A stretch of DNA of 64,000 bases from Candidatus Elulimicrobium sp. (GTDB lineage: Bacteria > Omnitrophota > Gorgyraeia > Zapsychrales > Fredricksoniimonadaceae), in contig DYOU01000001.1 in NCBI GenBank assembly GCA_020720365.1, positions 32,459-96,458 on the forward strand. Reading direction: 5' to 3'. Each line of letters starts with the position of its first letter. Position 1 is the first letter of the stretch. Below, in pieces: positions 49,312-59,486 of this stretch. The notes beneath the pieces are model-generated. The model did not search any database. It saw only the letters and a program-made list of their open reading frames with translations, and was not told the DNA's origin. A program made the position numbers and the translations under genes.

Positions 49312-50442
49312 ATGAAAAAAGACTACTACGAAATACTAGGTGTTAAAAAAGACGCGTCAGTTGCCGATATCAAAAAAGTATATCGGCAGCTGGCCATGCG
49401 TTATCATCCTGACCGTGTTGAAGAAGCGGAGAAGAAGCAGGCCGAGGAGCGTTTCAAGGAGATCTCGGAAGCTTATGGCGTGCTGTCTGATGCTCAGAAA
49501 CGCCAGACCTATGATCAGTACGGCCATTCCGGGATCGATCAGAATTATACGTCGGAAGATATTTTCCGCGGCGCGGATTTCTCCAGTGTTTTCGGGGAGA
49601 GCGGGCTGGACGATATTTTGGGCCAGTTCTTCGGTGGTTCAACGGGAGGATCTCGTCGCCAGCAGCGCCGGCCGGCTCGCGGAAGGGATATTCAGTATGA
49701 GGCGGAGCTGACGCTGGAAGAGGTATTCAAGGGTGCCCGTAAGCCGATCAAGGTTCCGCGTAATGAGGTATGCCCTGACTGCAAGGGCAATGGTTCCAGG
49801 AACGGAACGGCTTTTGCGGAGTGTCAGACGTGCGGCGGCCGCGGTCAGGTGATGATGAATAGCGGTTTCTTTCGCATGGCGCAGACCTGTCCGGCTTGTC
49901 ATGGCGAGGGGCGCATTACGAAAGAAATATGCCCCAAGTGTAGTGGACGGGGGGCGCTCAAGCATGTGCGTGAGATCGAAGTTAATTTTCCGCGCGGCCT
50001 GGATAATGATTCCCAGATGCGCCTGCGTGGAGAAGGAGAGGTCGGACCGGGAGGCCCTGGAGACCTGTATCTTTTTATCCGCGTTAAACAGCATCCTGTT
50101 TTTCGTCGCTCAGGGAAAGACCTTGAACTTGACCTTCCGGTCAGTTTCGTGAAAGCTGCGCTCGGTGGTGAAGTTGTTGTACCGACCATTGAAGATCAGA
50201 TCACCATGAAAGTTCCGGCAGGAACAGAGAGCGGAAAAGTTTTTCGCGTCAAGGGCAAGGGGATGCCGGACCTGCGTGATGAGAATGCGTTCGGGGACAT
50301 TTATGCCCGTGTCATGATCGATGTTCCCAAAAAACTTTCCAATGAACAGCGCCGGTTGCTGGAAGAGTTTGCCAGGGCGAGCGGGGAAGTGCTGGCGGAA
50401 AATGAAAGCATTAAAGACAAGATCAAAAAAGTTTTTAAATAA
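49312..50442 (+). CDS. dnaJ: Chaperone DnaJ
   Basis: HPD J-domain, four CxxCxGxG repeats. Confidence 0.97.
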   Translation: MKKDYYEILGVKKDASVADIKKVYRQLAMRYHPDRVEEAEKKQAEERFKEISEAYGVLSDAQKRQTYDQYGHSGIDQNYTSEDIFRGADFSSVFGESGLDDILGQFFGGSTGGSRRQQRRPARGRDIQYEAELTLEEVFKGARKPIKVPRNEVCPDCKGNGSRNGTAFAECQTCGGRGQVMMNSGFFRMAQTCPACHGEGRITKEICPKCSGRGALKHVREIEVNFPRGLDNDSQMRLRGEGEVGPGGPGDLYLFIRVKQHPVFRRSGKDLELDLPVSFVKAALGGEVVVPTIEDQITMKVPAGTESGKVFRVKGKGMPDLRDENAFGDIYARVMIDVPKKLSNEQRRLLEEFARASGEVLAENESIKDKIKKVFK

Positions 50443-50482
50443 TGTACGGCAGCCGTAACAATCGCGCGGGGTTCCTGTTCAC

Positions 50483-51553
50483 ATGAAAAGGGTACTGATC
50501 ACAGGCGGCTGCGGGTTTATCGGGTCAAGTTGCGCTATAGACCTGGCATTGCGCGGCTATGCGGTGACGGTGCTAGATAATCTTAGCCGCCGCGGATCGG
50601 AGTTCCTTCGTGCTGTAGTTGAAGCTCAGGGCATAGATTTTGTTCTCGGGGATATCCGTCAGCCAGGAGATCTGGCCAGATTGAGCGGTGAATTTTCCTT
50701 GATGATCGAATGCAGTGCCGAACCTTCGGCTTTTGCGGCAATGCAGGGGAAAGACGCGCGCCATCTGCTGGATGTTAATTTGCTGGGAGCGATCAATTGT
50801 TTTGAATGGGCCCGCGAACATGGCGTGCCTGTTCTGTTTCTTTCCAGTTCGCGGGTGTATCCGCATGATCGCATCAATTCCTGTCAGTATAAAGAATCAG
50901 AAGATCGCTTTAACCTTGCGGCCGACGCTCCGGGGATCGGAAGTCAGGGTATTCAATTGGATATGCCTCTTCAGGGAGTGCGTTCACTTTATGGCGCCAG
51001 TAAACTGTCAGCGGAAATGATCCTTCAGGAATATGCCTTTCTCTACAAACTTCCGTCGATCATTGATCGTTGCGGGGTGATCGCTGGGCCTGGTCAATTG
51101 GGGCGGAGCGATCAAGGGTTTTTTACCTATTGGCTGGCGGGGCATTATTTCAAGAGGCCTTTGCAATATATGGGGTTTGGCGGCCTGGGGAAACAGGTCC
51201 GGGACCTTTTGCATATCCAGGATCTTGTGCGCCTTCTGGCAGAGCAGGCGGAATGTTTGATCAAGAGGCCGGCTGAGTTCCAGGGAAAAATATTTAATGT
51301 TGGTGGGGCGATCGAGCGGACGCTTTCTTTAAAGGAAGCGACCGCGATCTGTGCTGAGTTAACAGGACATACGCTGAGGATCGGAAGTGTTCCTGGAACG
51401 CGGCCGGGAGACGTGATCTGGCAGGTGATGGATAATTGTGAAACGAGTCGTTTCTTTCATTGGCAGCCGCAGATCCCTGTGCAGGGGATCCTGGAAGATA
51501 CCTATCGATGGCTGCGAGATAATGAAAAGAATTTGAAAGATATTATTGTGTAA
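50483..51553 (+). CDS. NAD-dependent epimerase/dehydratase (CDP-paratose 2-epimerase-like)
   Basis: TGGCGFIG, YGASK, GKQVRDLLH. Confidence 0.85.
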   Translation: MKRVLITGGCGFIGSSCAIDLALRGYAVTVLDNLSRRGSEFLRAVVEAQGIDFVLGDIRQPGDLARLSGEFSLMIECSAEPSAFAAMQGKDARHLLDVNLLGAINCFEWAREHGVPVLFLSSSRVYPHDRINSCQYKESEDRFNLAADAPGIGSQGIQLDMPLQGVRSLYGASKLSAEMILQEYAFLYKLPSIIDRCGVIAGPGQLGRSDQGFFTYWLAGHYFKRPLQYMGFGGLGKQVRDLLHIQDLVRLLAEQAECLIKRPAEFQGKIFNVGGAIERTLSLKEATAICAELTGHTLRIGSVPGTRPGDVIWQVMDNCETSRFFHWQPQIPVQGILEDTYRWLRDNEKNLKDIIV

Positions 51554-51571
51554 CTCTCCTTGGAGAAAAAG

Positions 51572-52639
51572 ATGAAGATCGCATTGGTGTCTGGATCTGC
51601 CGGGCTTGTTGGTTCTGAAGCGGTCCGGTTTTTTCACGGGAAAGGTTTTCAGGTTGTCGGGATCGATAATAATATGCGCAAGGTCTTCTTCGGCGAGGAG
51701 GGGACAACCGCATGGAATCTGACGGAACTTCGGGCTGAATGCGGTGATGGATTCATGAATCATGATGTAGATATTCGGGATGCCGTTGCTGTTGCGCGTG
51801 TTTTTGCCGAATATGGTCAAGATATTGACGTGATCATTCATACGGCGGCTCAGCCTAGCCATGACTGGGCTTCAAAAGAACCCATTATTGATTTTAGTGT
51901 GAATGCGCTGGGAACTCTTCATTTGCTTGAGAGTGCGCGCAAGTATTGCCCGCAGGCTGTCTTTATTTCCATGTCTACCAATAAAGTGTATGGTGATCAT
52001 TGTAATCGTCTGCCTTTGGTCGAGCTGGAAACACGCTGGGAGCTGGACCCGTCGCACCCGTATTTTTCAAAAGGGATCGATGAGCAAATGCCTCTGGATC
52101 AGAGCACACATTCCCTGTTCGGCGCGTCAAAACTTTCGGCGGATATCCTGACGCAGGAGTATGGGCGGTATTTTGGCATGAAGACCGGTACGTTTCGCGG
52201 CGGATGTTTATCGGGATCCCGGCATAGCGGAGTACAGCAGCATGGCTATTTGGCCTATTTAATGCGGTGTGCCATGATCAGGCGGGAGTACCAGATCCTG
52301 GGGTATAAGGGCAAACAGGTACGGGATAATATTCACAGTTATGATCTGGTGAATGCTTTTTATCATTTCTACGAGAATCCCCGGTGCGGGGAAGTGTATA
52401 ACATCGGCGGCAGCCGGTTCAGCCATTGCTCCTTGCTGGAGTCTGTTCAGATGTGCGAAAAGATCACAGGCAACAAGATGAAGATCTCCTATGTGGAGGC
52501 GAATCGTCGGGCTGATAATATCTGGTGGGTGAGTGATGTCTCTAAATTTTCTGGCCATTATCCATCCTGGGAGTTGACTAGGAATTCTGAAGATATCCTG
52601 ACAGAACTGTTTACGTATAACCATTCTCGTTGGGTCTAA
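51572..52639 (+). CDS. NAD-dependent epimerase/dehydratase
   Basis: [39 protein letters not shown]. Confidence 0.85.
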   Translation: MKIALVSGSAGLVGSEAVRFFHGKGFQVVGIDNNMRKVFFGEEGTTAWNLTELRAECGDGFMNHDVDIRDAVAVARVFAEYGQDIDVIIHTAAQPSHDWASKEPIIDFSVNALGTLHLLESARKYCPQAVFISMSTNKVYGDHCNRLPLVELETRWELDPSHPYFSKGIDEQMPLDQSTHSLFGASKLSADILTQEYGRYFGMKTGTFRGGCLSGSRHSGVQQHGYLAYLMRCAMIRREYQILGYKGKQVRDNIHSYDLVNAFYHFYENPRCGEVYNIGGSRFSHCSLLESVQMCEKITGNKMKISYVEANRRADNIWWVSDVSKFSGHYPSWELTRNSEDILTELFTYNHSRWV

Positions 52640-52642
52640 TCG

Positions 52643-53572
52643 GTGAGCAGGGACACTCTCGTTAGTGTAGTCATTCCTACCTGCGGCCGAAATGATTATT
52701 ATATTTCTTGTATTCAGTCGCTTCTTCAGCAGGCGCATTCCTTCTTAGATATTATTGTGGTGGAGAATTCAGGGGATCTGGCTCTTGAGGGGAAGGCCCT
52801 GGTGCTTTGCCCGGCGGCAAGGGTTGTTCAGGCTCCGCAGGGATCATCGTATTGCGATCTAATGAACACAGGGATCGGGTTAAGCCGTGGTGAGCATATT
52901 CTTTGCCTGAATGATGATGTAACGCTTGATCCGGCGTTTCTTGAGAATGCGTTGAAAGGTTTTACGCTGGATCCTCGCATAGGGATGGTCACAGGCAAGG
53001 TGTTAAGGCAGGATCGAACGACGCTGGATACGACAGGTTTGTTCCTGGGTATTTGCAGGACAGCACAAGAAAGAGGGTATGGGCAGGCGGACCGCGGGCA
53101 ATTCCAGAGGGAGGGGTTTATTTTTGGCGTGTGTGGGGCGGCTGCTTTTTATCGTAAGACGATGCTTGATGAGATCAGGGAAGGTCAAGATTGGTTTGAT
53201 CCTCGTTACCGGTTCTTTTATGAAGACCTTGATATTGCATGGAGAGCGCAGAGAAGAGGTTGGAACGCTTACTACATACCTGATGCGGTGGCGTATCATG
53301 TGCGCGGAGGTTCTATCCGTGGCAACGGAGGGCAGGGGAAGCCATTTGCCCGGAAATATTTAAGTGATGAAATGCATGCAGCCTTGATCCGGAACCGATA
53401 CAGGACAATCATGAAGAATGAAACGTTGGGCGGGCTTATCCTTCATTTGATCCCGATCATCCTGTATGAGCTTTGGGCATGGGCCTATATTATTTTCTTC
53501 AGGCCGAATGTTGTGAGGGTATTTGTTGCGGAGCTTTGTTCAGTAAAAGGCCTAGCAGAATACACCAGATAA
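52643..53572 (+). CDS. GT2 glycosyltransferase
   Basis: SVVIP, CLNDD, GAAAFYR, YEDLD. Confidence 0.88.
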   Translation: MSRDTLVSVVIPTCGRNDYYISCIQSLLQQAHSFLDIIVVENSGDLALEGKALVLCPAARVVQAPQGSSYCDLMNTGIGLSRGEHILCLNDDVTLDPAFLENALKGFTLDPRIGMVTGKVLRQDRTTLDTTGLFLGICRTAQERGYGQADRGQFQREGFIFGVCGAAAFYRKTMLDEIREGQDWFDPRYRFFYEDLDIAWRAQRRGWNAYYIPDAVAYHVRGGSIRGNGGQGKPFARKYLSDEMHAALIRNRYRTIMKNETLGGLILHLIPIILYELWAWAYIIFFRPNVVRVFVAELCSVKGLAEYTR

Positions 53573-54662
53573 AACATGTTTCCGGAAAGAAGAATGTAAA
53601 GTCGATGCAGTTATGGAGAAGAAAGGCCAGTGATCCGCATAGCAGCCCTGCCGTCACAGGTTTGTCCGCGGCTGTTTCCAGGGCACGAAATCCTGAGCGG
53701 ATAAGTGTTGTTATCAGAAATATAAAAGAAGCGAAACCCGCCAGGCCTGTTTCTGCCCATAGCTGAAGAAAGTTGTTATGCGCATAGCGGGCGTTGATCA
53801 GGTCAAGATGGCCGAGCCCGATCCCGAACAAGAGATGTTCCTTGATGATCAGGGCTGTCTGCAGCCAATAACTTAAACGCATTCGCATGGAGTAGTCTGG
53901 CTGGAAATGTTGGAATTGGGATGATGTTCGGAGGGCAAAGATGGCCGCTGCCAGAGTGAATAGCCCGATCAGCAGTACGGTTATAAGGAGCGTAATGGTG
54001 CTGTCTTTTTCTTTCTTTTGTTTGAACGCGAAGAAAATAGCCGCGGCAGCCAGTAAACAGACGATCGCTCCGATAGATTTGGAGAGCAGAAGGGCGAAAA
54101 ACAGCGGCAGGACGACCCAGGCATTGTCTTTCAGTGTAAGGGCAAGAGGAATGATCATAATGAGGTATCCCGCGAGTGTATTGGGAGTAATAAAAGGTGT
54201 AAACACCCTTTGCTGGGCAATGAAGTTACGGGCAACCGGATCAACGGTCTTTGTTTCATTCAGATAGTTTTTAATATTCTGGAATCCGCTGAAAAACTGA
54301 TTAAGATCCAGGAAGCTGATGAAGACCGCCGTCAGAATAAGGGTTATGATGACGGTGTTCTTTTGATCTTCTGCCAAAGACCGGCAAACGAAGAACAGCA
54401 GAATGCCATTCAGATATTGCAACAGGGTTAAAGCAGAGAGCAGCTTGTTGTGAGAGGGGATTAATGAGAATAAAAGAGCGGCTATGAATAACAGGACTGC
54501 CGTTGTCAATCTTCGATCGTCCCATAAAGGTGTTTCCTGAATGAATATCCAGCTGGCCAGAAAAGTGGCAAGCGCGATAGAATGCATCAGGTTGAACTCA
54601 GGGAAGGCTGTTGAGCAGATGAACGGACGGATAATAATCAGAAGTAATAGCAGAATAAACAT
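53499..54662 (-). CDS. O-antigen ligase family membrane protein
   Basis: Multi-TM; PNTLAGY, SKSIGA, GIGLG, AHNNFLQLWAETGLAG. Confidence 0.85.
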   Translation of the reverse strand: MFILLLLLIIIRPFICSTAFPEFNLMHSIALATFLASWIFIQETPLWDDRRLTTAVLLFIAALLFSLIPSHNKLLSALTLLQYLNGILLFFVCRSLAEDQKNTVIITLILTAVFISFLDLNQFFSGFQNIKNYLNETKTVDPVARNFIAQQRVFTPFITPNTLAGYLIMIIPLALTLKDNAWVVLPLFFALLLSKSIGAIVCLLAAAAIFFAFKQKKEKDSTITLLITVLLIGLFTLAAAIFALRTSSQFQHFQPDYSMRMRLSYWLQTALIIKEHLLFGIGLGHLDLINARYAHNNFLQLWAETGLAGFASFIFLITTLIRSGFRALETAADKPVTAGLLCGSLAFLLHNCIDFTFFFPETCFIWCILLGLLLNKAPQQIPSQHSA

Positions 54663-54752
54663 GAATTTAAGTATACAATATCTTTAAGTTGTTTCCTATA
54701 ACATCACAATATTTTCAATGATTAATGGATCATTCAAGGATGAATTAATGAC

Positions 54753-55121
54753 ATGGCTGCTGATGTTCTTCTGATCATTTGCCCTGTTTGGGCTGTTGAT
54801 TTACCTTCTTCAGGCCTGCTTATATCGCGGCTTATTTAGAGAAGAAGGGTGTTCCATGCGACATTCTGGATTTAAACCTTGTTATGTACGAGTCTAAATT
54901 CATGTAATGTGACGGCGTCAACTGATCCTGAGATCTTTCCGGAAAAGTTCGGGATAATATTTCCAGAAGGGAAAAGCCCGTGCGAGTATTGGGAAAGTTC
55001 AGACGGGACGAATACGTTTGATGTCAGAAAGCGCAGGGTTTTGGAGATCTTTCAGTTATTAAAAGAACTGAAAGTTACAACATATTATGTAGGTATTTAT
55101 GATGGAGATAGTCCTCTCTAA
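54753..55121 (+). pseudogene. Remnant of a B12-binding radical SAM gene
   Basis: MAADVLLIICPVWAVDLPSSGL, frameshift, AYIAAYLEKKGVPCDILDLNL, stop; then a tail-like fragment PEKFGI..YWESSDGTNT in another frame; no CxxxCxxC. Confidence 0.65.
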
Positions 55122-55204
55122 GAGGCTTGTCGGAAAGGTAGAATGTGTGGCTGGTATAAGTATTTGTGCGGATATTGTTAGATAGGCCAGTCCGGTCAGG
55201 AATA

Positions 55205-56365
55205 ATGCCCGAAAAAAAGATTAATGTACTTTATGTGATCACCAAGCTTGAATTAGGCGGCGCTCAAACGCATGCGCTCGATCTGATTCGGAGTATTGAC
55301 CAGAACAAGTTTAATGTATTTCTTTTCTCTGCGCGGGAAGGGCTGTTAGTTGAGCAGGCGTTGAATATTCCCGGATTGAATTTTTATCGCTCGTCTTTTC
55401 TGGAACGGCGTATTCATCCGGTTAAAGATGTTTGTACGGTTATTTCTTTATATTTCTATATCAAAAAGCATAAGATTGATTTCATTCATACACATAGTTC
55501 AAAGGCTGGTATTTTAGGAAGGTTCGCGGCGAAAGCGGCGGGATTGAGAGGCATTGTTCATACCGTTCATGGTTGGAGTTTTCATGAATATCAGTCGAAG
55601 GTTGTGTATAATATCTTTCTTTATTTAGAGCGACTTTGCGCGCGATTTACTGATAGACTGATCGTTGTTTCTCTGCTTGACCGGGAGACGGGTGTTCAGC
55701 TGGGGGTAGGGCCGCCAGAAAAGTATAGACTCATTCGATGCGGGTTGGATGCAGAGCGTTTTAGTGTCAAAGGGCCGCTCGCGAGTGCGCGGGCAGCATT
55801 GGGGTTATCTGAAACTGATCTTGTGGTTGGGATGGTGGCCTGTTTCAAGCCGCAGAAAGATCCCTTAAGTTTTGTTCGATTAGCTGCGGCTGTCAGAGAA
55901 AAGCTCCCGCATGTTAGATTTTTCTTGGTTGGTGACGGAGTCTTGCGGGGGGAGATCGCGCGTTTGATTGGAAGTTTTGGCCTTCAGGAGAATATTCTTT
56001 TATTGGGATGGCGCCGGGATATGCCGTTGATTTATGCGGCCATGGACCTGTGCGTATTGACGTCATTATGGGAGGGCTTGCCGATCGCTATCATGGAGGC
56101 GATGGCGTCAGGCGTTCCCGTGATTGTTACGGATACCGGAGGTGTTCGGGATGTTGTCCGGGATGGAGAAACGGGCTATTTGGTTAAAGCCGCGGATGTT
56201 GAGGCTATGCGGGATAAAGTGATATTGTTATTGAAAGATCCGGAGTTAAGGGAAGATATAGCGGGAAGAGCCGTGGAATGGATCAGGAATGATCTGTTTT
56301 CTTTAAGGCATATGATGCATAAAGTTGAGGGCTTGTATCAGGAGCTTTGGATTAAGCATGGGTAA
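55205..56365 (+). CDS. GT4 glycosyltransferase
   Basis: GGAQ, HTHSSKAG, HTVHG, EGLPIAIMEAMASG; start 55166 or 55205. Confidence 0.92.
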   Translation: MPEKKINVLYVITKLELGGAQTHALDLIRSIDQNKFNVFLFSAREGLLVEQALNIPGLNFYRSSFLERRIHPVKDVCTVISLYFYIKKHKIDFIHTHSSKAGILGRFAAKAAGLRGIVHTVHGWSFHEYQSKVVYNIFLYLERLCARFTDRLIVVSLLDRETGVQLGVGPPEKYRLIRCGLDAERFSVKGPLASARAALGLSETDLVVGMVACFKPQKDPLSFVRLAAAVREKLPHVRFFLVGDGVLRGEIARLIGSFGLQENILLLGWRRDMPLIYAAMDLCVLTSLWEGLPIAIMEAMASGVPVIVTDTGGVRDVVRDGETGYLVKAADVEAMRDKVILLLKDPELREDIAGRAVEWIRNDLFSLRHMMHKVEGLYQELWIKHG

Positions 56366-57341
56366 ATATTTATTTCTTTTCTCTTCAGTGTTTGTTTTTA
56401 GCCTGTTTGTCATGTGGGTTTTACGTAAGTTTGCGTTTAAGACCAAGGTTTTAGTTTCAAAGAATATTGCGTTGATCGGCGGAATAGGTATTGCTATCGG
56501 GCTGGCTTTCTCGTCAGGTCTTGGTTTTCTTGTTTTTGGCCTTGATCCGCGTCAGATCGTGCCTGTTATCGGGATATCTCTGGTCATGCTGTTATTTGGA
56601 GTCATGGATGATCTGCGAGAGGCCTCAGTTCTTCAAAAGATTCTATTACAGTGTATCGGAGCGGTATTGCTGATCAGTATCGATATCAGGACGCATATTG
56701 TGTACCTGGATTACTGGAGTAATTGCGTTATTACTTTTTTTTGGATTCTGGGGATTACGAACGCGTTGAATTTGTTGGATACAATGGATGGGTTAAGTTC
56801 GGGAGTTGCGTTCATTGCGACGATCGCATTGTTTGTTCTTTCACTCTTTTATCCTGATATTAATATTCAAATACTGGCGTTAGGTTTATCGGCCGCTATT
56901 CTCGGGTTCCTTGTTTTTAATATCCCTCCGGCAACGATTTATTTAGGAAATGCCGGGAGTCACTTTTTAGGCTTTCTTCTGGCGGCGCTTACTTTGATGG
57001 TGAGTTATACTGTCCTGGACAGTTCAGTGGCCCTGGTGTGTCCCATTATTATTCTTTGGGTTCCTTTGCTTGAAACGGTGTGTTTGATCTATTTTCGTTT
57101 AAGAAAAAGCATTATTCCATTTAATAAAAGTAATGATCATATCGCCTTCAGATTGATGGCTTTAGGGTGTACGCGTCACGGTGTATTATTGATCATGCTG
57201 GGATTGGCGTTGTTTTGCGCGCTTTGCGGGATAATGATTGGCCGGATGAATAATATTATTGGGGCGGTAATTGTGATGGCCGTTGTTATCGTGAGTTTTT
57301 TCTTTTTTAAAGTGCTGACGAAAGCCGAGTGCCATGGCTAA
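56358..57341 (+). CDS. Undecaprenyl-phosphate HexNAc-1-P transferase (WecA/TagO, MraY family)
   Basis: GVMDDL, NALNLLDTMDGL, FNIPPATIYLGNAGS, DHI. Confidence 0.88.
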   Translation: MGKYLFLFSSVFVFSLFVMWVLRKFAFKTKVLVSKNIALIGGIGIAIGLAFSSGLGFLVFGLDPRQIVPVIGISLVMLLFGVMDDLREASVLQKILLQCIGAVLLISIDIRTHIVYLDYWSNCVITFFWILGITNALNLLDTMDGLSSGVAFIATIALFVLSLFYPDINIQILALGLSAAILGFLVFNIPPATIYLGNAGSHFLGFLLAALTLMVSYTVLDSSVALVCPIIILWVPLLETVCLIYFRLRKSIIPFNKSNDHIAFRLMALGCTRHGVLLIMLGLALFCALCGIMIGRMNNIIGAVIVMAVVIVSFFFFKVLTKAECHG

Positions 57342-58632
57342 TCAGGAAGTTATTATTTTAGGCGCGGGCCTTGCCGGATTAAGTGCGGCGTATCATCTGC
57401 AGAAAGAAGGAGTTGCCTGTCAGATCTTTGAGAAAGAGGCTGAGGTTGGAGGATTGTGCCGTTCAAAGAAGCTGGATGGATTTACATTTGATTATGATGG
57501 CCATTTGTTGCATTTTCGGCATCAGTATACGTTTGATCTGGTCAAGTCATTGCTTAAGGGAAACTTTATAAAACATAATCGGAGCGCATGGGTATATTCG
57601 CACGAACGTTTTATTCCCTATCCGTTTCAGACGAATCTTGTTAATCTTCCTGTTGATGTCGCGCAAGAGTGCCTTGCAGGTTTTCTGGCAGCAAACAAGA
57701 ATGGCCGTGTAAAGGCGAATGAAAGTTTTTTGCATTGGATTGATCGGACTTCTGGAAAGGGGATCGCCCGGCATTTTATGGTGCCGTATAATACCAAGTT
57801 CTGGACCATCTCTCCCCGACGAATGGTGTGTGATTGGCTTGACGGGTTTGTGCCTCAGCCGACGGTCGCACAGGTTATGGATGGAGCAACGAAAGAAGGT
57901 GGTCAGCCGTTAGGGTATAATGCTTGTTTCTGGTATCCTGAAAAAGGCGGTATTGAACAACTTTCTTTAGCGATGAAGTCGCGCATCGAGCATATTCATA
58001 CGGGGTTTGAAGTTAAAACGATTGATCTGAAAGCGCGGCAGATCGAATTTGCCAATGGTGTAAAGAAAAAGTATCATCATTTGATCTCAACGATCCCTTT
58101 GCCTCAATTGCCCGGGATTGTGAAGGGGCTTCCGAAAGATGTGCGGGAAGCGTTTAGCAAGCTGCGCTGGAACTCGGTGTATAATTTGAATCTGGGATTG
58201 AGTCAAAAGAAGCGTTGTGAAAGTCACTGGATCTATTTTCCCCAGAAAGAATTGGTTTTTTTTCGTGTCGGGTTCTTTCATAATTTTTCATCCGGCCTTG
58301 TTCCTGAGGGGAAGACTTCTATATATGCTGAAGTTGCGTATTGTAAACAAAAACCTGTTGATAAGAAGAAGGTCGCCGGTCGCATTGAGAAGGACCTGAA
58401 AAAAGTCGGATTGCTTTCTGATGAAGATGAGGTTTTGGTACGTGATAGTAATGATATCCAGTGCGCATATCCTATTTATGACAGAAATTACAAAGCTTCC
58501 AGGAGTCGTATCCTGGGTTTCTTGTCCAAACATCATATTCTGACTTGCGGGCGCTATGGCAGTTGGCGGTATATGTCTATGGAGGATGTTTTATTGGAGG
58601 GCAGGGAGTTTTCCGGAAAGCAGTTTGGCTGA
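57334..58632 (+). CDS. FAD-dependent oxidoreductase (UDP-galactopyranose mutase/protoporphyrinogen oxidase-like)
   Basis: GAGLAG, GGLCRS, PYNTKFW, AYPIY, GRYGSWRY. Confidence 0.8.
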   Translation: MANQEVIILGAGLAGLSAAYHLQKEGVACQIFEKEAEVGGLCRSKKLDGFTFDYDGHLLHFRHQYTFDLVKSLLKGNFIKHNRSAWVYSHERFIPYPFQTNLVNLPVDVAQECLAGFLAANKNGRVKANESFLHWIDRTSGKGIARHFMVPYNTKFWTISPRRMVCDWLDGFVPQPTVAQVMDGATKEGGQPLGYNACFWYPEKGGIEQLSLAMKSRIEHIHTGFEVKTIDLKARQIEFANGVKKKYHHLISTIPLPQLPGIVKGLPKDVREAFSKLRWNSVYNLNLGLSQKKRCESHWIYFPQKELVFFRVGFFHNFSSGLVPEGKTSIYAEVAYCKQKPVDKKKVAGRIEKDLKKVGLLSDEDEVLVRDSNDIQCAYPIYDRNYKASRSRILGFLSKHHILTCGRYGSWRYMSMEDVLLEGREFSGKQFG

Positions 58633-58667
58633 TTAGTTGTGATAATATTTTCTTGGTAATTTTAACC

Positions 58668-59486
58668 ATGATGAAATTATGGAATAGTTTTAAAAGAATG
58701 AAATTCTGTCAATTTCTCTCTGCCGTGGCTGGGTTTCAACAAAGAGAAGTTTTGAGGAATCTGGTCAATAAGAATTTGAAAGCCAAATATGCCGGATCCA
58801 TGCTGGGCATGTTGTGGGCGTTCATTAATCCTGTTTTACTGGCATGTATAGTAGGATTCATATTTACAAACATCCTTAAAGTGAATACGCCGAATTATTA
58901 TTTATACATTTTATCAGGGATGCTGCCCTGGACATTCTTTGCGACATCGATACAGGAAGCTTCAGTATCTATCCAGGGGCATGCGAGTCTTTTGAAACAA
59001 TTCCCTTTAGCCAGGATCTTTATTCCGGTTGCGATCGTTATATCAAATTTTATTCTTTTGTTATTTAGTCTGACGATTTTACTTCCCCTTTTCCTTATTG
59101 TTGATTTGAAAGTTATCACCTTGTTGCCATTATTAGTGTTTGCTCTGATCATATTATTGTTGTTCACGCTCGGATTATCTTTGATGTTCGCGGCCATATG
59201 CGTTGAATGGCGTGACGTGCAGCAGGCATTAAACACATTGCTGGTTTATTGGTTATGGTTGACGCCGATATTTTATAGTGCACAGATGGTCCCAAGGGAT
59301 TATAAAATTCTTTTAGACATTAATCCTATTAATTTTTTCTTGATCTTGTACAGGAATTCTTTATTTGATGTAAAAACTCCTTCTTTAGGTGTTTTGGGGA
59401 TCCCTGTGATCATGGCATTGGGAGCCTTATGGTGCGGCATTGTTTTGTTTCATAAGAAAGAAGGGGGGTTTTTAAAAAGAATATGA
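58668..59486 (+). CDS. wzm: Polysaccharide ABC exporter permease Wzm
   Basis: LKAKYAGSMLGMLWAFINP, WLTPIFY, INP; start 58668 or 58698. Confidence 0.88.
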   Translation: MMKLWNSFKRMKFCQFLSAVAGFQQREVLRNLVNKNLKAKYAGSMLGMLWAFINPVLLACIVGFIFTNILKVNTPNYYLYILSGMLPWTFFATSIQEASVSIQGHASLLKQFPLARIFIPVAIVISNFILLLFSLTILLPLFLIVDLKVITLLPLLVFALIILLLFTLGLSLMFAAICVEWRDVQQALNTLLVYWLWLTPIFYSAQMVPRDYKILLDINPINFFLILYRNSLFDVKTPSLGVLGIPVIMALGALWCGIVLFHKKEGGFLKRI

